The position numbers were made by a program, and so were the translations under genes. Source: Gracilinanus agilis (taxonomy: Eukaryota). From it: DNA of 64,000 nucleotides. This document shows positions 26,334 to 38,941 of the stretch, piece by piece; the first letter of the stretch is position 1; each line of letters opens with the position of its first letter. Below the pieces are notes generated by a model, which worked only from the letters and a program-made list of their open reading frames with translations, was not told the DNA's origin and did no database searches. The stretch covers positions 194,560,625 through 194,624,624 of the forward strand of contig NC_058133.1 in the NCBI RefSeq assembly GCF_016433145.1. The letters run 5' to 3'.

Positions 26334-27446
26334 CATTGGATTTTCTTGCTTTCAATTTTAATATCTCCTTTGATTTTTCAGGATTTCTACATTAGTGTTT
26401 GAGATTTTAACATTTATTGGTCTTCTAGACTTTTTTAGTTGCCCAATTCATTGATGTACCCTTTATCTTTTTTTTTTTTTTTGATGGAGACATTTAGAAA
26501 TATATGTTTTCCCCCAAGTCCTACTTTGGTTGCATCCACAAAATATTAATATATTGTCTCCTTGTTGTCATTATTTTAATGAAATTAGTTATTGTTTCTA
26601 TGATTCATTCTTTGACCCATCCAGTCTGTTCTTTAGTATTACTTAGTTTCCAATTAATTTGCAATCTTTTCTCCAAAGTCCCTTCAGTGAATGTAATTTT
26701 TGTTGTATTATAATCACAAAAGATTTATTTTTTTACTTTTCTGAATTTCTGAGGTTTTTCAGTTTTTGTGAAAGTGCCATGCAAGGTAAGAAATAAGTAT
26801 TCCTTTATAATATTCCATTCAATATTTTCTAGAGTTCTATTATGTCTACTTTTTCTAAAATTCTGTTGAAGTCCTTTTTGAAGTCACTATGGTAGTCAGA
26901 AGACATTAAAGTCAGATTGCTTTTCTGTATTTTTTTTTTTAGATTTATCTAGATCTAAAAAGTAAATTGAAATATACCACTAATAGACTTTTACTGTCTA
27001 TTTCTCCCTGTATCTCATGTAATCTTTCCTTTAAGAACTTAAATATTAGGCCATTTGGTACATATGTGTTTAGTATTTATATTAATTCACTGGCTATGGT
27101 TCTTTTTAGCAAAATGTAGTTTCCTGGTTTATCTCTTTTAATTAGGTCTATTTTTGCTGTTGCTTTATCTGAAAGTATGATTGTTACCCGTTTTTTACCT
27201 TCAACTGACACATGATTAGATTCTGCTCTATCTTCTTATTTGAACTCTTTCTGTATTTTTCTGCTCCAAGTGTATTTCTTGTAGACAACATATCACTGGG
27301 ATTCTGGTTTTGAATCCATTCTGCTATCTTTTTCCATTTTATGGACAAGTTCATCCTGTTCATTCTTATAGTTATGATTGTGGTGTAATTCCCTTTATTC
27401 TCTTTTCTTATACTTTTTTCTCTTTTCCCCTGACTTCTCTTTAAGG

Positions 27447-27671
27447 CAGGGATCGGCAATTTATGGCTCTCGAGCCCTGTCTGGCTCTTTTGAGGGCCAG
27501 ATATGGCTCTTTCTGCAGGAGCCATAAAGTCAATTTTTTTTCAGGCGCCGTTACAGGAGCACACACTGTTACAGGAGCGCGCACTGTGAGCACTGTACGG
27601 CTCTCATGAAATTACATTTTAAAAAATGTGGTGTTTATGGCTCTCACGGCCCAAAAGGTTGCCGACCCCTG
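27447..27671. mobile_element. 225-bp non-autonomous hAT/Charlie DNA transposon (MITE; OposCharlie-like, family tentative)
   Basis: TIRs CAGGGATCGGCAAT / GTTGCCGACCCCTG. Perfect 8-bp TSD CTTTAAGG at 27439-46 and 27672-79. Repeated subterminal TATGGCTCT motifs. Confidence 0.92.
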
Positions 27672-27688
27672 CTTTAAGGGATAGTTTT

Positions 27689-29489
27689 TTTTTTAACCAT
27701 TTATTAATATTCATTTTTAACATGGTTACATGATTCATGCTCCCACTTTCCCCTTCACCCCCGCACTCCCCCCACCCATGGCTGATGCACATTTCCACTG
27801 GTTTTAACATGTGTCATTGATCAAGACCTATTTCCAAATTGTTGTTAGTTGCATTGGTGTGGTAGTTTCAAGTCTACATCCCCAATCATGTCCACCTCAA
27901 CCCATGCATTCAAGCAGTTGTTTTTCTTATATGTTTCCTCTCCTGCAGTACTTCCTCTGAATGTGGGTAGCATCTTTACCATAAATCCCTCAGAACTGTC
28001 CTGTGTCATTGCATTGCTGCTGGTACAGAAGTCCATTACATTCGATTTTACCATAGTATATCAGTCTCTGTGTACAATGTTCTTCTGGCTCTGCTCCTTT
28101 CATTCTGCATCAGTTCCTGGAGGTCTCTCCAGTTCACATGGAATTCCTCAGTTTATTATTCCTTTGAGCACAATAGTATTCCATCACCAGCATATACCAC
28201 AATTTCTTCAGCCATTCCCCAATTGAAGGACATACCCTCATTTTCCAGTTTTTTGCCACCTCAAAGAGTGCAGCTATAAATATTTTCGTACAAGTCTGTT
28301 TATCTATGATCTCTTTGGGGTACAAACCCAACAATGGTATGGCTAGATCAAAGGGCAGGCATTCTTTTATAGCCCTTTGAGCATAGTTCCAAATTGCCAG
28401 CCAGAATGGTTGGATCAGTTCACAGCTCCACCAGCAATGCATTAATGCCCCACTTTTGCCATATCCCCTCCAACATTCATTACTCTCCCCTTCTTTCATT
28501 TTAGCCAATCTGCTAGGTGTGAGGTGATACCTCAGAGTTGTTTTGATTTGCATTTCTCTGATTATTAGAGATTTAGAACACTTTCTCATGTGCTTATTGA
28601 TACTTTTGATCTCTTTACCTGAAAATTGTCTATTCATGTCTCTTGCCCATTTATCAGTTGGGGAATGGCTTGATTTTTTATGTAATTGATTTAACTCCTT
28701 GTATATTTGAGTAATTAGACCCCTGTCAGAGTTTTTTGTTTAAAGATTTTTTCCCAATTTGTTATTTCCCTTCTGATTTTGGCTGCATTGTTTTTGTTTG
28801 TACAAAAGCTTTTTAGTTTAATATAATCAAAACCATTTAATTTACATTTTGTAATTTTCTCCAACTCTTGCTTGGTTTTAAAATCTTTCCTTTCTCAGAG
28901 ATCTGATAGGTATACTATTTTGTGTTCACTTAACTTATTTATAGTTTCCCTCTTTATATTCAAGTCATTCACCCATTCTGAATTTATCTTGGTGTAGGGT
29001 ATGAGATGTTGATCTAAACCTAATCTCTCCCATATTGTTTTCCAAATTTCCCAGCAGTTTTTGTCAAATAGTGGATTCATGTCCCAAAAGTTGGGCTCTT
29101 TGGGTTTATCATACACTGTCTTGCTGGTGTCATTTACCCCAAGTCTATTCCACTGATCCTCCCTTCTGTCTCTTAGCCAGTACCATATTGTTTTGATGAC
29201 TGCTGCTTTATAGTATAGTTTAATATCTGGTACTGCTAGGTCCCCTTCCTTCACATTTTTTTTCATTATTTCCCTTGATATTCTTGATCTTTTGTTATTC
29301 CAAATGAACTTTGTTATAGTTTTTCCTAATTCAGTAAAGAAGTTTTTTGGTAGTTTGATAGGTATGGAGCTAAATAGGTAAATTAATTTGGGTAGAATGG
29401 TCATTTTTATTATGTTAGCTCATCCTACCCATGAGCAATCAATGGTTTTCCAATTGTTTAGATCTAGTTTTATTTGTTTGGAAAGTGTT
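27689..29489 (-). mobile_element. Younger 1.8-kb 5'-truncated L1 (ORF2 C-terminal part plus 3'UTR)
   Basis: ORFs 28895-29404 (ILPKLIYLFSSIPIKLP...YYKAAVIKTIWYW) and 28134-28637 (Cys-rich CWRGYG...HCWW...CP). 16-bp TSD TTTAAGGGATAGTTTT at 27673-27688 and 29490-29505. Confidence 0.93.
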
Positions 29490-30490
29490 TTTAAGGGATA
29501 GTTTTGCGTCTGATTAATCCCATCCTTAACCTCTCTCTTATTTATTAACTTTCCCTTAACTCCTTTCCCTCATCTTTGGGCAAAAAGTATGTTTGTATGC
29601 AACTCTTTGAGTCTGAACATGTGTGTATATGTGTGAGTGTATTCTTCTATCCTTTGACTAATTCAGATGAGAATAAGGTTTAAAGATCACCTATTCTCTT
29701 CTACTCCCTCATCCTTGTGCTATAGACTTTTGCTTTTGTATCATACTTATGTTAGATAATTTCCCCCATCTTCTAATATATTCTTTCCCCATCCTTTCCA
29801 TTCTTCTTTAAAGATTATCAAAATATAGTAGAATCTATCCCAAGCCTTCTGTCAAATTGGACTCTCTCTGTGATCCCTAATAATGATTGAGTTCTGAAGA
29901 GCTACAAGTATTCTCTCCCCATATAAGAATATAAACAGTTTTACTTTGTTTAGTCCCTTATGATTATGTGTTCATGTTTACATTTTATGTTTCTCTTTAC
30001 TTCTGGGTTTGCAAGTCAACATTTCTATTTATCTCTGGTCTCTTCATCAGGAATGCTTGGAAATTCTCTATTTTATTAAAGATTCATTTTTTTCCCTTAT
30101 AAGACTTACTTCATTTTGCAGGGTAAATTATTTTTGGCTGTAAGTGTAGATCTTTTGCCTTCTGGAATATCATATTCCAAGCTTTCTATTTATTATAATG
30201 ATGTGTGCTAAATCTTTTGTGATCCTAATTATGACTCTTCAGTGTTTAAATTCTTTCTTTCTTTCTGACTGCTTCAAAAATTTTCTTTGACCTGGAAGCT
30301 ATGGATTTTGACTACAATATTCCTAGAAATTTTGATTTGGAGGTTTCTTTCAGGTGATGACTGATAGATTTTTTTTTCCTTCTTCTTTGCCCTTTAGTTC
30401 TGAGGAATTATGGTATCTCAAAACATGATGCCCAAGCTCTTTTTTTTTTTTTTTTTTTGGTCATAGCTTTCAAGTAGACCAATGATTCTT

Positions 30491-30682
30491 TTTGTTTTTT
30501 TTTAACCTTACCTTCTGTTTTAGAATCAATACTGTATATTGATTCCAAGATAGGAAAGTGGTAAGGGCTAGCTAATGGGGGTTGTGACTTGTCCAGGGTT
30601 ACATAGCTAGGAAGTATCTGAGGTCAGATTTAAACCCAGAACCTCCTGTCTCTCAATCCATAGAGCCAACTAGCTATCCCCT
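30491..30682 (-). mobile_element. SINE1_Mdo-like SINE inserted in the old L1
   Basis: Antisense SINE. Probable TSD GTAGA(C/T)CAATG(A/T)TTCTT at 30474-90 and 30862-78. Confidence 0.8.
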
Positions 30683-30686
30683 AAAC

Positions 30687-30859
30687 CTGTGGTGGTGAAC
30701 CTATGGCACACATGTCAGAGGGAACACTCAGAGCCCTGTCTGTGGGCACATACCCAGTTGCCCCAGTACAGAATTCCCCATCATTTATTATTAGGAAGCC
30801 AGAGGGACATCTCTCCATGAGCACCAGAGCACATTTCTCATATTGCCAGCCCCTCACTG
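30687..30859. mobile_element. Degraded hAT-type MITE
   Basis: Left end CTGTGGTGGTGAACCTATGGCACACATGTC resembles hAT TIRs of the CAGTGATGGCGAACCT type. Right end is ...CTCACTG. The 8-bp flanks match only 4/8. Confidence 0.5.
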
Positions 30860-31339
30860 CTGTAGATCAATGTTTCTTAAATGATTTTTCCTTGAACTGT
30901 TTTCCAGGTCAGTTGTTTTAGTTGTGAGATACATCACATTTTTTCAATTTTTTCAGACTTTTACTTTATTTTTATTATTTTTTTGATCTCTCATGTTGTC
31001 ATTTGCTTTTATTTGGTCAATACTAATTTTTAGGAAATTATTTTTTGGGTAAAGTTTTGTATTTCTTTTTCTAAGCTATTACTTCTCTTTTCCTATCTTT
31101 CCACCATAGTTATCATTTGGTTTTTAAAAATAATTTTTAACCCATTTTTAAATTTCTTGCTTTATCTCTTCCAGAAATCCTAAGTTGGACTTGTCCAAGC
31201 TGCATTTTTCTATGAGATTTTGCTTATAGATGTTTTTGAGACATTTTGTTCTTCTGTTTGGAGCTTCCCCTATTATCCCTCTCATATGCAGCAGCTTTTC
31301 TTGTTGATTGTTGTTTTTGTTTGTTGTTGTCCTGTTCAA

Positions 31340-32015
31340 TACATGGGGACTCCATTTGGAGTTTTCTTAGCAAGGATACTGGAGTGATTTGTCCTTCTTC
31401 TCCAGCTCCTTTTAGATGATGAAGGATGAGGAAATTGAGGATAACAGAGTTAACTAACTTACCCAGGGTCACATAGGTAGTAAGTATCTGAAGCCAAATT
31501 TGAACTCAGGAAGATGAGTCTTCCCTACTCAAGGCCTAGTACTCTATCCATTGCACATCTAGCTCTCTGCTCCCAAGTCAGAGAGACATGAATTCAGATC
31601 TAGCCTCAAACATAGACTAGTTGAATAATCCTAGGCAGTTCAGTTTCTTTGTCCATAAAATGGGGACAAAAATAGTATCCAAGTCCTAGGGTTTTTGTGA
31701 AGATCAGATGAAATAATATTTCTAAAGCATCTTCCTACAATGCCTGGCACATAGTAGGAACTCTATTATTATTATGATCATAATACCTCTTTTTGTTGTT
31801 GTTGTTGTTGAGTCATATCCAGTTTGTCATGACCCCATCTGGGATTTTCTTGGCAAAGTTACTTGAATGATTTGCTATTTCCTTATCAAACTCATTTTAC
31901 AGATAAAGAACTGAGGCAGAGTCACAAAGCTTGTAAGCTTCTAAGGCTATATTTGACATAAAGAAGAGTCTTCCTGACTCCAGGGCTGGTATTCTACTGC
32001 ACCACCTAATTGTCC
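31340..32015 (-). mobile_element. Two MAR1-like marsupial SINEs plus MIR-like piece
   Basis: CCCCATTTGG..TTTTCTT(G)GCAAAG..ACTGGAGTG..TTCCTTCTCCAGCTC...GGAAGATGAGTCTTCC signatures at ~31340-31570 and ~31800-32015. Confidence 0.75.
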
Positions 32016-32048
32016 TCTCATCAAAGCATATAAAAGACTTATATACAT

Positions 32049-32768
32049 TGTAATAGGCAACTTCTGGGAAGAAGATGGAGACCAACTTGAGTGATAGACC
32101 ATCAGTTATAGAATTTAGAATTTACCCAGATGGCATGAGCCAAGGGCAAAAGACAGTTGCTACCACTACTATAAAAACCCAGGGGCTGATCCCTTCAGGG
32201 TCTCAGTCTTGAGAAGAATCTCATTTGAGAAGGGTCCCGGGTGGTGAGGCCTATAGACCTGCACTCCAGCATATGTACCTTATTGTCTCAAGAAATCAAT
32301 TCACCTGTTGCTGAATAGGGCTGAGAGATATACATAAAACATCTATCAAGAAGAAGAAGATCATAAGCCCTCCTTTCACCTGGTCTAGGCCGCGGCCGGG
32401 ACTGACCAGGAACTGTGAGGGAAAAGAACCTCTCCAGCCAGGTGCCAGCTTGTTAGTGATTGATTAGCTTACTCTAGCCCCATTAGATTAGCATAGCCAT
32501 CCCCAACACCACTTTCCTTATCCTGGATCCTACCCCTTTGAGTTTAGTAGTATTAAAGCCTTAAACTAAATCAAGTGAAGACTGGTGTCATTCTAAAGGG
32601 CAATCTAATAGATACCTCTAAGGGGAAAGGAAATAGTTGTGTAAATCGCAGTCAACCATGTTAATCCAACCTTATCAATTATTATCCTTATCATAAACCT
32701 TATCCATCAACCCAACCCCAAGCCAAGTAACCAGAGGAGCTGTGCAGATCAATACACAGCTTCTCACA
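32049..32768 (+). mobile_element. Possible solo ERV LTR
   Basis: TGTAA...CA-bounded ~720 bp of non-SINE/non-L1 sequence with TATAAAA (32170-76) and ATTAAA (32552-57). No convincing TSD found. Confidence 0.4.
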
Positions 32769-32999
32769 TAGTCACTTTGGTTTGAGCACTATTCGTGGGG
32801 TCAAGTGCTTAGCTGAGCTGAACATTTACCAGCCCTGGTGGTTACTAGCATACTGTGGTGGCTATTCAGGCATCCCTCTCCTCATTCAGCTTAGATCCAT
32901 ATACCACCTAAGGATCTTGAGCCACCTTCATCAGGCCCATCCTACAGAAGCACCATACCACCCTGTAAAACAACATTCAGTTATAAAGTATTAATGGCT

Positions 33000-35900
33000 T
33001 ATGGCAAAGGGAGGCTAACTTACTAAAAATTACAATACTACCAAAATTAATTTATTCTTTTAATACTATACCAATCAAATTGCTAAGGGAATGCGTTATA
33101 GAACTTGATGAATTAATAACAAAAGTCATTTGAGAAACAAAAGATCTTAGAAAATCAAGGAAATTATGAAAAGAAGTAGGGATGTAAGGGGAAAGCACTT
33201 CTAGACTTCAAACTATATTATAAAGTCATCGAAAATACCTTGTATTGGTTAAAAAATAGATAGCTCAATGAATAGACTAGAAAATTAAGAATCAGAAACA
33301 ATAGAACACAATAATCAAATGTTTGATAAAGTAGAAAACAAAATTACCTAGAGTTACAACAGTGAACAATATGGAAATATGTTTTGCATGATAATTTTTT
33401 TTTTTTTATCCTGGGACTCCATTCTGGGAGCATAGGGCCACAACCAGTAGGCAATGGGACACACAGTTGCTCAGGGTCACCCAGCTGGGAAGTGTCTGAG
33501 CCCGGACTTGAACCTAGGACCTTTCGTCTCTAGGCCTGGCTCTCAATCCACTGAGCTAGCCCAGCTGCCCTTACTTTTAGGTTTGCAGTTTCTTTAGCAG
33601 ATAAATACATGTATAAAATTGCTTACCATCTCCAGGAGGGGAGAGTTAAGGGAGGGAAGGGGACAACTGGGATCTTATAACTTCAAAAAATATATGTGGA
33701 TCCAGAGAAAGAAACATGGGAGTAGAAACATGGAAGAAAAACATTTCCTTGATCACGTAGTTCAGGGAGGACATGATTGGGGATGTAGACTCTAAATGAT
33801 CACTCTATTACAAATATTAATAATATGGAAACAGGTCTTGGTCAATGATACATGTAAAACCCAGTTGAATTGCTTCTTGGCTATGGGAAGAGAGAGGGCT
33901 GGGAAAGAATATGAATCATGTAACCATGGGAAAATATTCTAACTTAATTAATTAATTTAAAGAATATGTGGAAAATTGTTATTACATATAGTTGAGAAAA
34001 TAAAATATCTTTTAAAAAATTTACCTAAGGAAAAGTTCCTTATTTCATAAAAGCTATTGTGAAAACTGGAAATTATCCTGGCAGAAATTAGGCTTAGACC
34101 AATACCTTTTACCATATTCAATAAGACATTTTAAATGTATTCATGACCTTAAGATTAAAGATCATACTTTTGAAAAAATTAGAAGAGAGAAATATATCAT
34201 ACACATCTCACAGCAATGGGTTGGTATATTCTTAACCAAATGAGATAGTGGCAATTACAAAAGATAAAATACACAATTTTCATTACATGAAACTGAAAAG
34301 CTTCTGAATAGACAAAATTAATGCACTTAGGATAAGAAGTGGTTAAATGAAAAAAAAATCTTTGTATCAAACTTCTCCAATAAGGGTCTGATATCCACAA
34401 TATATAAAGTTAATAAATAAAAAAACAAATATATATAACTAATACCCATTCCCCAAAAGATAAATGGTCAAAGGATATGAACAAATAATTGTCAAGAGAA
34501 CTGCAAAGTATTCATAAACACCTGAAAGAATATTCTAATCACTAATAAGAGAAATACAAATCAAAAAAAACTCTGAGGTTTTATTTCAAATATTGCAAAT
34601 TAGCAAAAATGATAAAAAATGGCAATAGTCAAAATTTATGGGGTTGCAGAATGATAGACACATTAAACATTAATACATTTTCGGATAGCAGTGAAATGGT
34701 ATAGCCATTTTGGAAAGCAATTTGGAATTATACAAATAAAGTGACTAAAATGTCTTTGATCTAGAAATTCCATTACTGGGTTTATACTCCAAGGAAGTCA
34801 CTATTAAAAGAAAGTTCCCTACACTCCAAAATATTTATAGCAGCATTTTGTTTTTGGTGACAGTTAAGAATTGGAAACAATGTAGAAGTCCATCAGTTAG
34901 GGAGAAGTTAAACAAATTGTGGTACATGAATACAATGGAATATTTTGTGCTCTAAGAAATGATGTGTGTGATAGATACAAAGAATAATGGAAAGATTTAC
35001 ATGAACTGAAGCAGAGTGAAGAAAGCAGAACCAAGAAAACAATATACACAGTAACAACTATGTAAATGAAAGTATAGCACCACCCCACAAAAATCAAAAG
35101 TAAATGTAAGAACACTTAAAAGATTACTAAGATTCAAATGAAGAGATAAGAGAGGACACTCTCAACTCACTCTTATACAGAAGTAGGATGTTCACAGGTG
35201 TTACATATTGCCTGTTTTTTAACTTTTTCAATCAGTTGTGCTGATCCCCACCCAATACTATTGTTATATGGGATTGCTCTTTGGGAGCAGGATAGGGAGA
35301 GATATTTTAAATAACTATGATCATGTAAGACATAGAAGACATCAATTAAAACATTTTAAAAAAAGAAATGGATTAGGCCAGTTGACTTACTTGTTTAGGA
35401 GACTTAGGGAACAAGTTCCACTTTTGAAGGGATATTTGGTTCAAATCCAGATTCCCTCTGTTTCTTGTCAGCTTATCCCAAAATTAGTTTTAGGACATTA
35501 CTTTGATTCAGCTGAATGATATCAACCTGTCCTTACCTCCTCCCTTCACACAAGAGCCATAATCAAATAGGGACTACATGGGCTTTATTCAAGGGATAAG
35601 GATGAGCATATAGGTTGAACCTATGATTTTAATGGTTAAAGGAATGCTCAAATGAGAAAATTCCTTCTACATATGCAAGTCATTACCTTCTCCACAATTA
35701 ATAATCATAGAGAAAACAAGGATTCTGATTATCACCAATATTATTTAATATTGTACTAGACATGCTAACAATAAGAGAAGAAATCAAAGGTATCAGAATG
35801 GGCAGAGGTAATAAAAATATATCTTTTTATAGATGAACAGGATATAAAATAAACTCACATAAATCATCAGCATTTCTATAGGCCACTAACAGTGTCTTGA

Positions 35901-37560
35901 AAGAAGAGATATGAAGAAAGAATCCATTTAAATTAACCATAAATAGAATAAAATGCCTACATGTATATCTTGCAAAGCAAATCCAGAAACTATATGAATA
36001 TAATTAAAAAACACTTTTTATACAAATAAAATCATATTTAAATAACTGGGGGAATATTAATTGTTCATGGATGGGCTGAGTCAATATAATTAAAATGACA
36101 GTCCTACCTAATCTACTTATTCAATGCCATCATAATACCAAAAATTATTTTATTGAATTGGAAAAAATAATAAAATTCATTTGGAAAAACAAAAGATCAA
36201 GAATATCAAAGGAAATAATGAAAAAACTTAAGGAAGGAGATCTAGCAATACCATATTTCAAACTATTTTATAAAGCAGTAATTATCAAGACTATCTGGGA
36301 TTGGCTAAGAAATAGAAAAGTAGATTGGTGGAACAGAATAGACACAAATAAAAAAGCATAAAAGATTATATTAACCTTGTGTTTGACAAAGGTAAAGTTT
36401 TAAGTTTTTGGAATAAGAATTCACTACTTGATAAAATTCTTAGAAATACTGGAAAGCAGTCTGACAGAAACTAAATCTACATCAGTATCTTACACCATTT
36501 GCCATGATAAGATCAAAATGTATATATTACCTAGGTATAAAGGGAAATATTATAAATAAATTAGTACAGGAAACATATTACCTATCAAATATATAGACAG
36601 AAGAATTTACAAATATAGGAGAGATAGAAAGCATTGTGAAATATAAAGTAGATAACTTTGAATATATTAAATTGAAAAGTTTTTGTACAAATAAAACTAA
36701 TATAGATAGCCAAGATTAGAAGAAAAACAATAAATTGGAGGGAAAATCTTATACACAGTTTCTCAGAGGTCTCATATCTAAAATACATAGAAAACTTTGT
36801 CAAATATATAAAAAATATGAGCCATTCTCTAATTGATAAATGGTCAAAATATGAAAAGTTTTTAGTTGAAGACATCAAAGCTATATATAATCATGTGAAA
36901 AATGTTCCATATTACTATTAATTAGAGAAATGCAAATCAAAACAATTCTGAGATATCATTTCACACCTACTAGATTCCCTAAAATGATAAAAGGGCAAAA
37001 TAACAAATGTTGGAGGAAGTGTGGAAAAATAGGGATATTAATACATTGTTGATAGAACTATGAACTGATCTTTGCCATTTTGGAGAACAATCTGGAATTA
37101 TACTTGAGTTATAAAACTTTGTATACCTTTTGACCTGGTAATACCATTATTAGTTTTATTTTCTAAGGTGATCAAGGGAAAAGGAAAAGAAACTATATGT
37201 TCTAAAATAGATATAGCAGTTCAAACAGACTCTTGACGAAAAAGGATATCCATTGCCATAGAAGGAAAAGATAGAGTCCAAATATATCATTCTTCACTTT
37301 ATTTCCACTTTGTTAAATTTATGAATTTTTCTTTAGTGTAAGCAGTATGTGCCTTGTTTCATAACATGATGAACAGGGAAATATGTATTATATAATAATA
37401 TATATATACAATCTATATCATGTTACTTGTCTTCTTGGGAAAGGGGGATGGTTAGGAAGGAGAGGAGAAAAAAAGAATGAGACAGATTTTCAGACATAAC
37501 TAATGTGAGAATTTGTTTCTCTTGGATAAGCATATGTATTATGAATAAATAACCTTAAAT
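33000..37560 (+). mobile_element. Array of old L1 ORF2/3'UTR fragments with nested SINE and L1 pieces
   Basis: ORF 36095-36361 (MTVLPNL...FYKAVIIKTIWDWLRNRKVDWWNRI) and similar motifs at 33050-33350 and 34030-35050. Two tandem units, ~33000-35350 and ~35720-37560. Confidence 0.85.
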
Positions 37561-38864
37561 AGATATCTAAAACATAGAGATATTCAATATCTTGTCTAAT
37601 ATCACACAGACAGTATGTGTCAGAGGCAAAACATGAATCTTTGTGTCTTTGACTCCAAGGCCAGCTCTCCCTCTATAATACTTTGCCCTCTTAATCTTTG
37701 TTCCAGAATGCTGAAGTTGGGAGAAGGCTGATAGCACTTGGCTTGTCTCTTTCTGGGGGATGAGCTGATTAATTTCTTAAAGCTATTTGTCTTCATGTGG
37801 CAGATGACTTTTTTAAAGATTTTTTTTTATTTTCCTAATTAGATATAATAATCTTCACCATACTTTTCCTGAAATTATAAGATCCATATTGTTTCCTCCC
37901 TCTTTTTCCTCCCCCCCTTGCAGAGGAGATGGTAAGCAATTTTATCTGGATTATACATATATTAGCATGCAAAACTGCCAAAGAGTTATATATTTTTATT
38001 GGAGGTTGAATTGGCCTGTGAGAAAATCTCAGAGAATGAATGCCTGATGCTTCCTAGGAATCTTTTGGGAAGACAGAATGTTTAGGGCTCTTTAGGGATG
38101 TGATGGCTCAGGACTGAAAGGGCTTTGTGTTTTGAGATGATCAGGTCATATATTGGCTTTTGAAAAAGAAGAGTGGATGACTCAATAGATATTGCAATGT
38201 GCTGGGCCTGATTTATCTTCTTGAGTTCATATCTGGCCTCAGATACTTAACGTGTGATTCTGGGCAATTTGCTTAATCCTGTTTGCCTCAGTTCCTCATC
38301 TGTAAAACAATAAGGGAAACAGTAGAGTTTGTAAATAATAAGAGAAGAAGTTGAAAATTAGGGAAAGAGCTTGTCATAGAAGGGGCAAACTCCTGGAATA
38401 GACAGGAGGGAATGGGATCAAGAACACAGATTGGGTTGGTATTGGCAAAGAGAAAGGTCACTTCTTTCTCTGATACCGAAGCAAAGGAGAAAAGTGAACA
38501 GTAATATAGAAAGGATTTGAAGTGAAAAACTGGGGATAAGAAAAGGATTCTGTTGAATAGCTTTTTTTTTTAAACCCTTACCTTTTTCTTAGAATCAAGA
38601 ATCAATACTAAATATTGCATCCCAAGGTAGAAGAACAGTAAGGGCTAGGCAATTGGGATTAAATGATTTGCCCAAGGTTACACAGCTAGGAAGTATATGA
38701 GAGATCTGAGGTCAGATTTGAACCCAGGACATACTGTCTCCTGGCCTGGCTCTTTATCCATTGAGCCACCTAGCTGCCCCCTCATTTTCTTTCAGTAAAG
38801 TGTGTGGTGAGATACTCTGCTCACAAGAAGATAATGTTGATGCCCTTTTGTTAAAGGCTGTATC

Positions 38865-38941
38865 CCTTCCCTTCCATTCCTTTTCCTTCCCTTCCCTTCC
38901 CTTCTTTTCCCTTCCTTTCTTTTCCCTCCCCTTCCCTTTCC
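38865..38941. repeat. (CCCTT/CTTTT)n polypyrimidine repeat
   Basis: Pentameric pyrimidine-only tract. Confidence 0.85.

Larger units (their letters stand above)
26400..31270 (-). mobile_element. Old L1 (ORF1 C-terminus to ORF2 endonuclease region) hosting nested insertions
   Basis: ORF 27184-27525 includes ITIRMNRMNLSIKWKKIAEWIQNQNP, resembling the L1 endonuclease N-terminus. ORF1-like FLEEIKQEI near 31150. Boundaries approximate. Confidence 0.8.

Noticed and set aside
28134-29404. Two ~168-aa ORFs as novel genes
   Set aside because: They are fragments of L1 ORF2 in a 5'-truncated, TSD-flanked copy, which is not retrotransposition-competent.
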